From Gammaproteobacteria bacterium (lineage in GTDB: Bacteria > Pseudomonadota > Gammaproteobacteria > SZUA-152): DNA of 64,000 nt. A program made the translations under genes and the position numbers. The stretch is from NCBI GenBank assembly GCA_029882975.1, contig JAOUJW010000014.1:3814-67813 (forward strand), in the 5' to 3' direction. Below the pieces are notes generated by a model, which saw only the letters and a list, made by a program, of their open reading frames with translations, had not been told where the DNA came from and did no database searches. This document shows positions 1 through 8,234 of the stretch, piece by piece; position 1 is the first letter of the stretch; each line of letters begins with the position of its first letter.

Positions 1-616
1 GCAATAACACCGGTGTACCGCCGGCTTTGGCAAAAACTTTGCCACCCAGGCCCGGAATCCGCATTTTCAGGCCTTTTAGGTCTTCAACGGAATTGATTTT
101 TTTGTTGAACCAGCCGCCCATTTGTACGCCGGTGTTACCCAGGGGGAAGGGGACCAAATTGTGTTTGGCGTACAGTTCCTGCCACAATTTGTGGCCACCG
201 CCGCCGTAGAGCCAGGCATTCATGCCTTGGGCGTTCATGCCGAACGGCACTGCAGTAAAAAATTGCGCGGCAGGAATTTTTCCGGCCCAGTAATAGCCGG
301 CGCCGTGACCCAGTTGAACCGTTCCTTGGGATACGGCAGCAAAAGTTTCCAAGGGCGGTACCAGTTCACCGCCGGCATAGACTTTGATTTTTAAGCGCCC
401 ACCGCTCATGGTGGTCACGTCTTTGGCGAAGCGCTCTACACCTTCCTGGAATATGGGGAAATTGGGCGGCCAGGTGGTGACCATTTTCCACTCGTAGGTT
501 TTAGCGGTCGCTGCGGCTTGTTTGTCGTCAGATGGATTTGCCGGTGGTTTGTTGCAAGCGCTGAGAGTAAACACGCTTAGCATTAGTACGGCTGCTAATC
601 TTGTTATTGTTTGCAT
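1..616 (-). CDS. TRAP transporter solute-binding subunit (DctP family), partial; C-terminus lies beyond the window edge
   Basis: Absent from the ORF track because it runs off the edge. The reverse complement from the ATG at 616-614 reads MQTITRLAAVLMLSVFTLSACNKPP (lipobox LSAC). It continues ...GHGAGYYWAGKIPAAQFFTAVPFGMNAQGMNAWLYGGGGHKLWQELY...GNTGVQMGGWFNKKINSVEDLKGLKMRIPGLGGKVF, a DctP-type periplasmic binding protein signature. Confidence 0.8.
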   Translation of the reverse strand, partial: MQTITRLAAVLMLSVFTLSACNKPPANPSDDKQAAATAKTYEWKMVTTWPPNFPIFQEGVERFAKDVTTMSGGRLKIKVYAGGELVPPLETFAAVSQGTVQLGHGAGYYWAGKIPAAQFFTAVPFGMNAQGMNAWLYGGGGHKLWQELYAKHNLVPFPLGNTGVQMGGWFNKKINSVEDLKGLKMRIPGLGGKVFAKAGGTPVLL

Positions 617-745
617 AACAAATTTCCTTGTTTGAGTTTATAGAAACGTTAGCGGAAGCGTTTTAAAAACTAGAGATGTCGCTTGGTAGCCGCCTTTCTT
701 GGTAATACCGAGATCACGATTTAGAAAATTCGTGCTAACGGCTTC

Positions 746-2911
746 CTACACGGTATGCGCTGCTTCAAGGTTGGCATAAGCGACCACTAACCATTTACTG
801 CCTACTGCATCGAAATTGATTTGTATCCGGGCATGGCTGCCGCTGCCTTCACAGCTCAATACCACGCCTTCACCGAAAGTGGCATGTTGCACTCTTTGCC
901 CCAGGTAAAACCCTTCCGACTGATCGGAAACCGGGCCGGTGCTATGGCGGTAAACGGGCGCGGAAACAGAGCTTTGTAAACGGACTTCATGTATCAGCTC
1001 GGTCGGTATTTCCCGAATGAATCGTGATGGTCGGGGAAACGATTCGTTGCCATACATGCGTCGTGTCTCTGCGTGGCAAAGATACAGTTGTTCCCGTGCG
1101 CGGGTGATACCCACGTAACACAGGCGTCGTTCTTCTTCGAGTTGTTCCGGGTCTTGTGTGGAACGCTGGTGTGGGAACAATTCCTCCTCCATGCCACACA
1201 AAAATACGCGTGGAAATTCCAGCCCTTTGGCGGAGTGAAGGGTCATGAGCTGTACACAGTCCTGTTCCGGTCCGCTTTGCTGTTCACCGGCTTCCAATGC
1301 GGCGTGAGACAAGAACGCTGATGCCATGTCCATTTCTTCGTCCTCGTCATATTGGAAGTACTTGGCGGCATTGATCAGTTCTTCCAGGTTCTCTATGCGA
1401 CCTTGGCCCCGTTCGCTTTTGTCTTTGTCGTAGTGATCGTACAAGGTGCTTTGGTGAATAATCTGTTCCAAGGTTTCGTGCAGGGGCAATCCATCGGTCT
1501 GGGTTTGCAGTGCTTCAATCAAGTCCAGGAAGGCCTGCAGTGCAGCGGTGGCGCGTGCGGGCAACTGCCGGGCGTTGATGAGTTCACCGGTCGCCTGCAT
1601 GAGCGAAGCGCCATTGGCGCGCGCTTGGCGGCGGACGTGTTCCAGGGTTTTTTCACCAATGCCCCGGGTGGGTGTATTAACGATGCGCTCAAACGAGGCG
1701 TCGTCCATGTGGTTCAACACCAGGCGTAAATATGCCAGCGCGTCCTTGATTTCAGCCCGTTCGAAAAAGCGTAAGCCGCCGTATACCCGGTAAGGTATGT
1801 TTTGTCGGATCAATGCTTCTTCCAACACACGGGACTGGGCATTGGAACGGTAGAGCAAAGCGTTATCGCTGTAATTGCCGCCTCGTTCAATGCAGAGCTC
1901 AATCTGTTCGGAAATGAAACGCGCTTCGTCTTGTTCGTCAAAAGCGCGATACAAATGGATCGGTTCACCTTCGCCGTCATCGGTCCACAGGTTCTTGCCC
2001 AGGCGTGAATAGTTGTTGGCGATCAGGGCATTGGCGGCAGAAAGAATGTTACCGCTGGAACGGTAATTTTGTTCCAGGCGCACAGTCTTGGTATTGGCAA
2101 AATCTTTGGAAAATTGCTGGATGTTTTCTATGCGTGCACCGCGCCAACCGTAAATAGACTGGTCATCATCACCCACACTGAATACATGGGCGCTGTCGCC
2201 TGCCAACAGGCGTATCCAGGCGTATTGGATGGTATTGGTGTCTTGGAACTCGTCCACCAGAATATGCTGAAAGCGGTTGCGGTAATGCTTCATCAAAGCC
2301 GGTGTTTGTAAGAAAAGTTCGTGGGCCCGCAACAACAGCTCGGCAAAGTCCACCAACCCTGACCGACGGCAGGTGTCTTCGTAGGCTTGGTACAGTTTTA
2401 CCATTTGTTTTTCGAAAGGTGCGTCATAGTGCTCGATCTGATGCGGTCGCAGGCCTTCGTCTTTTTTCTCGTTGATATACCATTGTGCCTGCTTGGGGGG
2501 CCAGTTGGATTCATCCATGCCCAGTTCTTTCATTATGCGGCGGATGGTACGGTATTGGTCGTCGCTGTCCAGAATCTGAAAGGTCTGGGGCAGGCCGGCG
2601 TCGTGCCAGTGCAGGCGTAATAGACGATGAGCCAGGGAATGAAAAGTGCCCACCCACATGCGTTGCATGGGTAAATGGATCAGCGCTTCTATGCGGCTGC
2701 GCATTTCTGCGGCGGCCTTGTTGGTGAAAGTGACCGCTAAAATACTATGGGCCGAGACGGCTTCAGCCTGGATCAACCAGGCGATGCGATGGACCAAGAC
2801 TCGGGTTTTGCCACTGCCGGCGCCCGCCAGTACCTGGAGGTGTCCCGGTGGGCTGCACACCGCTTCACGTTGGGCTTCGTTGAGATTGTCTAGAATTCGG
2901 GAAACGTCCAT
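746..2911 (-). CDS. uvrD: DNA helicase II (UvrD, SF1 helicase)
   Basis: 721-aa ORF. N-terminus is LNEAQREAV...VLAGAGSGKTRVLVHRIAWL (Walker A), followed by DEFQDTN, VGDDDQSIYGWRGA, QNYRS and the C-terminal VGITRAR motifs. Confidence 0.95.
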   Translation of the reverse strand: MDVSRILDNLNEAQREAVCSPPGHLQVLAGAGSGKTRVLVHRIAWLIQAEAVSAHSILAVTFTNKAAAEMRSRIEALIHLPMQRMWVGTFHSLAHRLLRLHWHDAGLPQTFQILDSDDQYRTIRRIMKELGMDESNWPPKQAQWYINEKKDEGLRPHQIEHYDAPFEKQMVKLYQAYEDTCRRSGLVDFAELLLRAHELFLQTPALMKHYRNRFQHILVDEFQDTNTIQYAWIRLLAGDSAHVFSVGDDDQSIYGWRGARIENIQQFSKDFANTKTVRLEQNYRSSGNILSAANALIANNYSRLGKNLWTDDGEGEPIHLYRAFDEQDEARFISEQIELCIERGGNYSDNALLYRSNAQSRVLEEALIRQNIPYRVYGGLRFFERAEIKDALAYLRLVLNHMDDASFERIVNTPTRGIGEKTLEHVRRQARANGASLMQATGELINARQLPARATAALQAFLDLIEALQTQTDGLPLHETLEQIIHQSTLYDHYDKDKSERGQGRIENLEELINAAKYFQYDEDEEMDMASAFLSHAALEAGEQQSGPEQDCVQLMTLHSAKGLEFPRVFLCGMEEELFPHQRSTQDPEQLEEERRLCYVGITRAREQLYLCHAETRRMYGNESFPRPSRFIREIPTELIHEVRLQSSVSAPVYRHSTGPVSDQSEGFYLGQRVQHATFGEGVVLSCEGSGSHARIQINFDAVGSKWLVVAYANLEAAHTV

Positions 2912-3111
2912 AGGGCGGATTTTACCAAAATCGATGGGGGATACCAGGGTTGACTTACGCGAATGCTATCTCACCGGCGCTATTGTAGTTTACACTTGAT
3001 GCATAAAAACGGCAGCTGAGACGTTGATGGGTAAAGCGGATAGGGATTTTTGGATAACCAGCGAGGTTCAAAATAGAGGGAAGTTAATTGTTATGGGCCA
3101 GTGGGGGAGAA

Positions 3112-3399
3112 ATGTACGCGGTCATATTTCGAGCAACCGTTAACACGCTAGACCGGGAATATTCAGCTACGGTAGAACGACTGCATGTTTTAGCGCAGGA
3201 ATATGGGTGCCGGAGCCTGCATTCCGTAATGCAGGGCGATGAGGAGGTCACGCTGAGTTATTGGGATGATTTGGAGCAGATCAAAGCCTGGCGCCAGGAC
3301 CCCGAGCATAGGAAAGCACAGGAGTTGGGTCGGTCCCGTTGGTATGCGCATTATGAGGTGCAAATCTGCCCCATAGAGAGGGGCTATTCCTGGCCTTGA
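3112..3399 (+). CDS. Antibiotic-biosynthesis-monooxygenase (ABM)-like small protein
   Basis: The ORF track starts at TTG 3088. The ATG at 3112 is preceded by GGGGGAGA. The ~95-aa sequence MYAVIFRATV...EVTLSYWDDLEQIKAWRQDPEHRKAQELGR resembles the ABM ferredoxin-like fold. Confidence 0.55.
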   Translation: MYAVIFRATVNTLDREYSATVERLHVLAQEYGCRSLHSVMQGDEEVTLSYWDDLEQIKAWRQDPEHRKAQELGRSRWYAHYEVQICPIERGYSWP

Positions 3400-3537
3400 T
3401 TCGGTATGGCAGTTTCGGGCAATGAATTTGGTGCGGCAAGGGAGACGGGTTTGATAACGGGCGCTCGTTTTAATGTGGGAGCGGTGGAATCGATGGCCAC
3501 CGGGTGCGCAAGCGGTATGACAGGTAAAGTATAAAGT

Positions 3538-6500
3538 ATGATAACCCGGTTTATTGAGTATTTCGTCGATCGTCATTTGCTGACGAATCTGTTGTTTCTG
3601 TCCATTATCGTCGGTGGCCTGCTGGCGTGGCAGCAAATCAAAAAAGAAGAGCGCCCGGATGTCACTTCCGATTTTGTGCGAGTCTCTGCCGTCTATCCAG
3701 GTGCTACCGCCGAAGAGGTTGAGCACTTCGTCACCCGAGAGTTGGAGGACGAAATCAAAGGAGTTGACGGCGTCTACCGCATCACCAGTTCGGTGAACCG
3801 GGGCAGTACCCGGATAAACGTTGAGTTGGAGCGCAATCTCCCTAATAAAGAAGAAGTGATTACAGAAATTCGCAACGCCGCTCAGGCGGCGGACTTACCC
3901 CCCGAAGTGCGCGACAAACCCAAGGTTCGAGTCTATAAAAGCTCCAAAAAAGCCATTCTGGATATTGCCCTGATTTATACCGGGGCGCACCTGCTCAACA
4001 ATGCGCAACGGGAAGAGTTGCAACGTTTTGCCGGTATATTGGAACTGCAATTGGTCAATTTGCCGCAAATCAACAGCATCAATCGCAGCGGTTATTTTCA
4101 ACCGGAGATACAGATTAACGTCGATCCGCGCAAGTTGGTGCGCTACCAGATTCCCATGAGCCAGGTGGTGGCGGAGGTAAAAAATAACCACATACGCCAG
4201 CCTGCCGGACACATAGAGGCCAAAGACGAGCCCGGCGTGACCATCAATGCCCAATTGGACAGCGTGGACAAGCTCAATCGTTTATATGTACAGGCAGGTT
4301 TCCAGGGGCAAGCCATTTCTCTGGGTGAGATTGCTGAGGTAAAAACGGACTTTAATCGGGAAAAGGAAATTATCAAGGTTAACGGCCATCAGGCGATTAT
4401 GTTCAATGTCGTAAAAAATGTTTCTTTCGGCATAATCGAATCTTTGGAAGCCGTACAAAAAGTGGTGGACGATTTCAGAGAAAACCACCTGCAGGGTACT
4501 CCTATAGAGCTGGTCCTGTTGGATGATGAATCTTACGATGTGCGCAATCGCCTTTCCATTATTGCCATTAACGGCAGTATTGGCTTTGCACTTATTCTGA
4601 TTACCCTGTTTATTTTTCTGAATAAACGAGCCGGTTTGTGGGTGGCCATGGGCATCCCCTTTACCATATGCCTGACCTTAATAAGTAGCTGGGCGTTGGG
4701 TTACACCATTAACAACGTTACCCTGGCTGCGGTGATTATTGTTATGGGTATCGTAGTGGATGATGCCATCGTTGTGGCGGAAAACGTGTCACGCTTTCGG
4801 GCGAAGGGTTTAGGGTTTCGTGAAGCCGCTATAAAGGGTACAGGACAGGTGTTTCTCCCGGTAATGGCGAGCATCGTCACCACCTGTGTGGCGTTTGTGC
4901 CTTTGTTTTATTTCTCCGGGCGTTTCGGTGGTTTTGTCAGCTTTATTCCACCCATTGTGTTTATTATGTTGTTGGCCAGTTTGGTAGAGGCCTTGATCAT
5001 CCTGCCGGGCCACTTGCACTTTCAGTTGCCGCCTTGGCTGCGTCGGGGCCGCGCCGTGGAAGCGGTGCCGAGCAAGCATTGGTTCGATCGGGTAGAGAGC
5101 TGGTACGGCAATATGCTGATTCGTATATTAAAGTACAAAGTCATTATCCTCATTGGGTTTGTCGTAGTTCTGGTTGCGTCTTTTAAGTTAGCACAGGACA
5201 CCATGCGGTTTGTGTTGTTCCCACACACCGAAACCCGTGAAATTGTCTTGCAGGGTACGGCAGATAAGAAAGCCGACCGCTATGAAACCGCAGCCATTAG
5301 TCGTCAAATCGAAGAGTTGATTCTGCCCTATGTGGGTAAAGAAGTCGTGGGGTTGCGCACAGAGATTGCGCGCAGCCGCCACGGCCGCGTGGCGCAGGAA
5401 AACAAATTTCGCATGATCGTGGAAATTGTGCCCAAGGAAGACCGCGCTGTGTCGGCAGACTATTTGGCGAATATTTGGAAAGCCGAAGGACAAAAAATCC
5501 CGGGCATTAAAAAACTAATTGTGCAAAAAAGCCGCTGGGGCCAATCCTCCGGTTCGGCGGTGGAAGTCATTATCTTGGAAAATGACGATAAACGGCGTCA
5601 ACAGGCCGCCGAATCCATTTTGGCCGCCATGCAAAAGCACCCGGATTTAGACAACGCGGAAATTGATCAACCGTTGGAATTGATAGAATACAAAATTGAT
5701 ATTGATCGTAACAAGGTAAAACGCTTGGGGATAAATCCCAAGGATATTTCTTCTACTTTCCGGGCCAGCCTGGAGGGGGCTGTTATTTACGAGCTACCGG
5801 ATGGGCACGAGCACATCGATGTGCGTTTGTCGGTAAGCGAAGATGCGAAGCGCGATATACAAAGTATTTTGATGATACCCGTGGAAAACCGCTCCAGCTA
5901 TCTGGCGCCCTTAAAGGATTTGGTCAGCGTGGAGAAAACAAAGGCACCCATATCCATTTCCCGACGCGAAACTCGCCGTGTGAGCTCTGTTATGGCAGAC
6001 CTGAAAAAAGGCGCAGGAAAAACTCCGCTGGAGATTGCCGTGGACTTGGAAAACGGCGTGTTCAAAGAAGTGGTCCGGCGCCAGCCCACAACCGCTTTAG
6101 GATTTGACGGAGAGGTGGCCGATACCCGAGAGTCTAAAAACGATTTTCGTAACTCCACTATATTGGTATTGTTGCTGATTTTCGCCATCCTGGCAGTGCT
6201 GTTCAATTCCATCAGTCGTCCCCTGTTGATTATGCTGGCCATACCCTTCGGTGCAGTGGGCGTCATCCTGGCGTTTTGGATGCACGGTCAGCTTCTGATT
6301 GGTTTTTTTGCGGCGATTGGAACGTTGGGAATGGTCGGGGTGGTTATAAACGATGCCATCATAATGGTTACCAAGCTGGACCAGGAATATGAAGAGCCCT
6401 CAGCGGACAAAGAGCCCTCAGCGGAAAAAGAGCCCTCAGCGGACAAAGAGCCCTCAGCGGGTAAAAAACCCTCAGCGGGTAAAACCGACAGCAATTTGTG

Positions 6501-6756
6501 TATGTATGAGCGTATCGCACGAATTGCCCAAACTCGGCTCAAGGCGGTATTGTTAACCACGATTACCACGGTCGCCGGTGTACTACCCACCGCCTACGGT
6601 TTGGCCGGGTACGATGCCATGTTGGCGGAAATGATGCTGGCGTTGGCCTGGGGGCTGATGTTCGGCACGCTGATCACCTTGTTACTGGTGCCTTGTTTGT
6701 ATGCTCTGGCAGTGCAATGGTTGCCACGTAGTAGTGTAAGGAAGTTGGAATCATGA
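3538..6756 (+). CDS. RND efflux transporter permease (AcrB/AcrD/AcrF family)
   Basis: 1072-aa ORF with typical RND N-terminus (FIEYFVDRHLLTNLLFLSIIVGGLLAW), two large periplasmic loops and two 6-TM bundles (VVDDAIVVAENV..., INDAIIMV...). It carries an atypical repeat insertion, listed as a separate feature. Confidence 0.9.
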   Translation: MITRFIEYFVDRHLLTNLLFLSIIVGGLLAWQQIKKEERPDVTSDFVRVSAVYPGATAEEVEHFVTRELEDEIKGVDGVYRITSSVNRGSTRINVELERNLPNKEEVITEIRNAAQAADLPPEVRDKPKVRVYKSSKKAILDIALIYTGAHLLNNAQREELQRFAGILELQLVNLPQINSINRSGYFQPEIQINVDPRKLVRYQIPMSQVVAEVKNNHIRQPAGHIEAKDEPGVTINAQLDSVDKLNRLYVQAGFQGQAISLGEIAEVKTDFNREKEIIKVNGHQAIMFNVVKNVSFGIIESLEAVQKVVDDFRENHLQGTPIELVLLDDESYDVRNRLSIIAINGSIGFALILITLFIFLNKRAGLWVAMGIPFTICLTLISSWALGYTINNVTLAAVIIVMGIVVDDAIVVAENVSRFRAKGLGFREAAIKGTGQVFLPVMASIVTTCVAFVPLFYFSGRFGGFVSFIPPIVFIMLLASLVEALIILPGHLHFQLPPWLRRGRAVEAVPSKHWFDRVESWYGNMLIRILKYKVIILIGFVVVLVASFKLAQDTMRFVLFPHTETREIVLQGTADKKADRYETAAISRQIEELILPYVGKEVVGLRTEIARSRHGRVAQENKFRMIVEIVPKEDRAVSADYLANIWKAEGQKIPGIKKLIVQKSRWGQSSGSAVEVIILENDDKRRQQAAESILAAMQKHPDLDNAEIDQPLELIEYKIDIDRNKVKRLGINPKDISSTFRASLEGAVIYELPDGHEHIDVRLSVSEDAKRDIQSILMIPVENRSSYLAPLKDLVSVEKTKAPISISRRETRRVSSVMADLKKGAGKTPLEIAVDLENGVFKEVVRRQPTTALGFDGEVADTRESKNDFRNSTILVLLLIFAILAVLFNSISRPLLIMLAIPFGAVGVILAFWMHGQLLIGFFAAIGTLGMVGVVINDAIIMVTKLDQEYEEPSADKEPSAEKEPSADKEPSAGKKPSAGKTDSNLCMYERIARIAQTRLKAVLLTTITTVAGVLPTAYGLAGYDAMLAEMMLALAWGLMFGTLITLLLVPCLYALAVQWLPRSSVRKLES
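6394..6483 (+). repeat. Five tandem 18-bp units (GAGCCCTCAGCGGACAAA and variants) in frame inside the RND gene
   Basis: Units lie at 6394, 6412, 6430, 6448 and 6466. They encode EPSADK-EPSAEK-EPSADK-EPSAGK-KPSAGK. Confidence 0.95.
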
Positions 6757-8189
6757 TGACGTCAAAAAATACGCTACTGAGAAGCCTGGCCTCCGTGCTG
6801 TTGTTGTCGCTGATGCTTCCTGTCCGGGCGGGAGATACGAAACCGCAGGGGCAAACACCCCAAAAGTTGTCCCTTAAGGAGTTTGTCGTAAAAGCAAGCA
6901 CCAACGATGTGGGGTTTGAAGCCATACTGTTAGACCGTCTGTCGCTGCAATACCGGCGTGATGTTTTGTTACCGGAGCGGGATATTATTCTGCAAATCAA
7001 ACAACAAATGCATTTTTTTGAAGGTGGGCGCAGAGACGGCTCCAGCGCCATATCCTTATCCAAGCTATTTCCGGATACCGGTACTCGCTTGAGTGCAACC
7101 TATGACAAGGGGGCGTCCTTGTCCGGCAATGACACGGCCAGTATGCAGGTTTTGATCGCTCAGCCTTTAGCGCAGAATGCCTTCGGTAAAGCCATTCAAC
7201 TGCAAGACAGTTTAATCGGTGTAGAGAATCAAATCAGCCACTATCAGATTGTGGAAGCCTATGAAGACTATTTGGCGGCGTTGACCACCGTTTGGTACAA
7301 CTGGTATTCCGCCTTTGAAAATCTCAAAGTGGCACGCACCGCGGTGCAATCCGGTGAGCGGTTGTTAAAAAATATTCTGGAACGCCAGCGGCAAAAAATC
7401 GCCTTGCCGGTGGATGTGAATAAAATGAAATTGTCCCTTATAGCCAAAAAAGAAAACCGGGTGGTGTTACAGGAAATCTACGACAACCTAAGCAATTTAG
7501 TCTACAGCGCGATGCGCTACCGACCTGTAGGTCAGGCGGGGAACGGTGGTTTTGTTCCCGATGCACCGGGGGATACCGCGAAGCTATTTGACTTTGAGCA
7601 GGAGTATGAACACTTTGTCAGCAGCAGTCGCACTTATGCGATTTTAAATTTATTGGATAAACAGGCGGGCTTGGCCTTGGATCAGGTGGCCGATGATTTA
7701 TTGCCATCTACTGAATTATTGCTGGCTTATGATGTGGACGCCCAGGAGTGGGGCACAGGTAGCCGGGACAACCGTTTTACTGCCGGCATTGCTGTAAGCT
7801 GGCCCATCGGTCGTCGTGTGGATAAAGCCCGCTACGAAATTGAACAACTGCAGCGTAAGAAAACCCGGTTGTCCAATCAAAGTAAACTGGAAGATTTGCG
7901 CACCAATTTGGGCAATTTGTATTTACAGATACAACGCGAACAAGAGCTCATGGAAATATCTCAACAGAAGATCCAATTGGCACAAGCGGTTTTAAAGGAC
8001 GAAAAGGAAAACTATTCCTTCGGCAAAATCAGCCTGAACGACTACATCAGTGCCGTTAACAATGTGGATGAGAATCGTTTCAGCTATACCCGTCATGTAG
8101 TACAGCTGAACAAATTAATGTTGGAGTGGATGCGGTTGGCTGATCGTTTGGTGGACGAGAAGGAAATTATTGACGTTTCGACACATTAA
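6753..8189 (+). CDS. Outer-membrane efflux protein (TolC/OprM-family OMF)
   Basis: 478 aa. The ATGA overlap with the RND stop implies translational coupling. It has a signal peptide (LLLSLMLPVRAGD) and a two-fold repeated coiled-coil/beta-barrel pattern typical of OMFs. Confidence 0.8.
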   Translation: MMTSKNTLLRSLASVLLLSLMLPVRAGDTKPQGQTPQKLSLKEFVVKASTNDVGFEAILLDRLSLQYRRDVLLPERDIILQIKQQMHFFEGGRRDGSSAISLSKLFPDTGTRLSATYDKGASLSGNDTASMQVLIAQPLAQNAFGKAIQLQDSLIGVENQISHYQIVEAYEDYLAALTTVWYNWYSAFENLKVARTAVQSGERLLKNILERQRQKIALPVDVNKMKLSLIAKKENRVVLQEIYDNLSNLVYSAMRYRPVGQAGNGGFVPDAPGDTAKLFDFEQEYEHFVSSSRTYAILNLLDKQAGLALDQVADDLLPSTELLLAYDVDAQEWGTGSRDNRFTAGIAVSWPIGRRVDKARYEIEQLQRKKTRLSNQSKLEDLRTNLGNLYLQIQREQELMEISQQKIQLAQAVLKDEKENYSFGKISLNDYISAVNNVDENRFSYTRHVVQLNKLMLEWMRLADRLVDEKEIIDVSTH

Positions 8190-8193
8190 AAAA

Positions 8194-8219
8194 GGCGCGA
8201 TCCCTTCCGGAACCGCGCC
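8194..8219. terminator. GC hairpin between convergent genes
   Basis: GGCGCG (8194-8199) pairs with CGCGCC (8214-8219). The hairpin is flanked by an A-run on the left. Confidence 0.45.
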
Positions 8220-8234
8220 AGGGGAGGTAATGAG

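Noticed and set aside
2912-3087. LexA/SOS box upstream of uvrD
   Set aside because: No CTGT-N8-ACAG motif occurs in the uvrD upstream region.
3190-3726. 178-aa minus-strand ORF spanning the ABM gene, the intergenic region and the RND start
   Set aside because: It overlaps two better-supported plus-strand genes, has no recognisable motifs, and has composition typical of an antisense frame.
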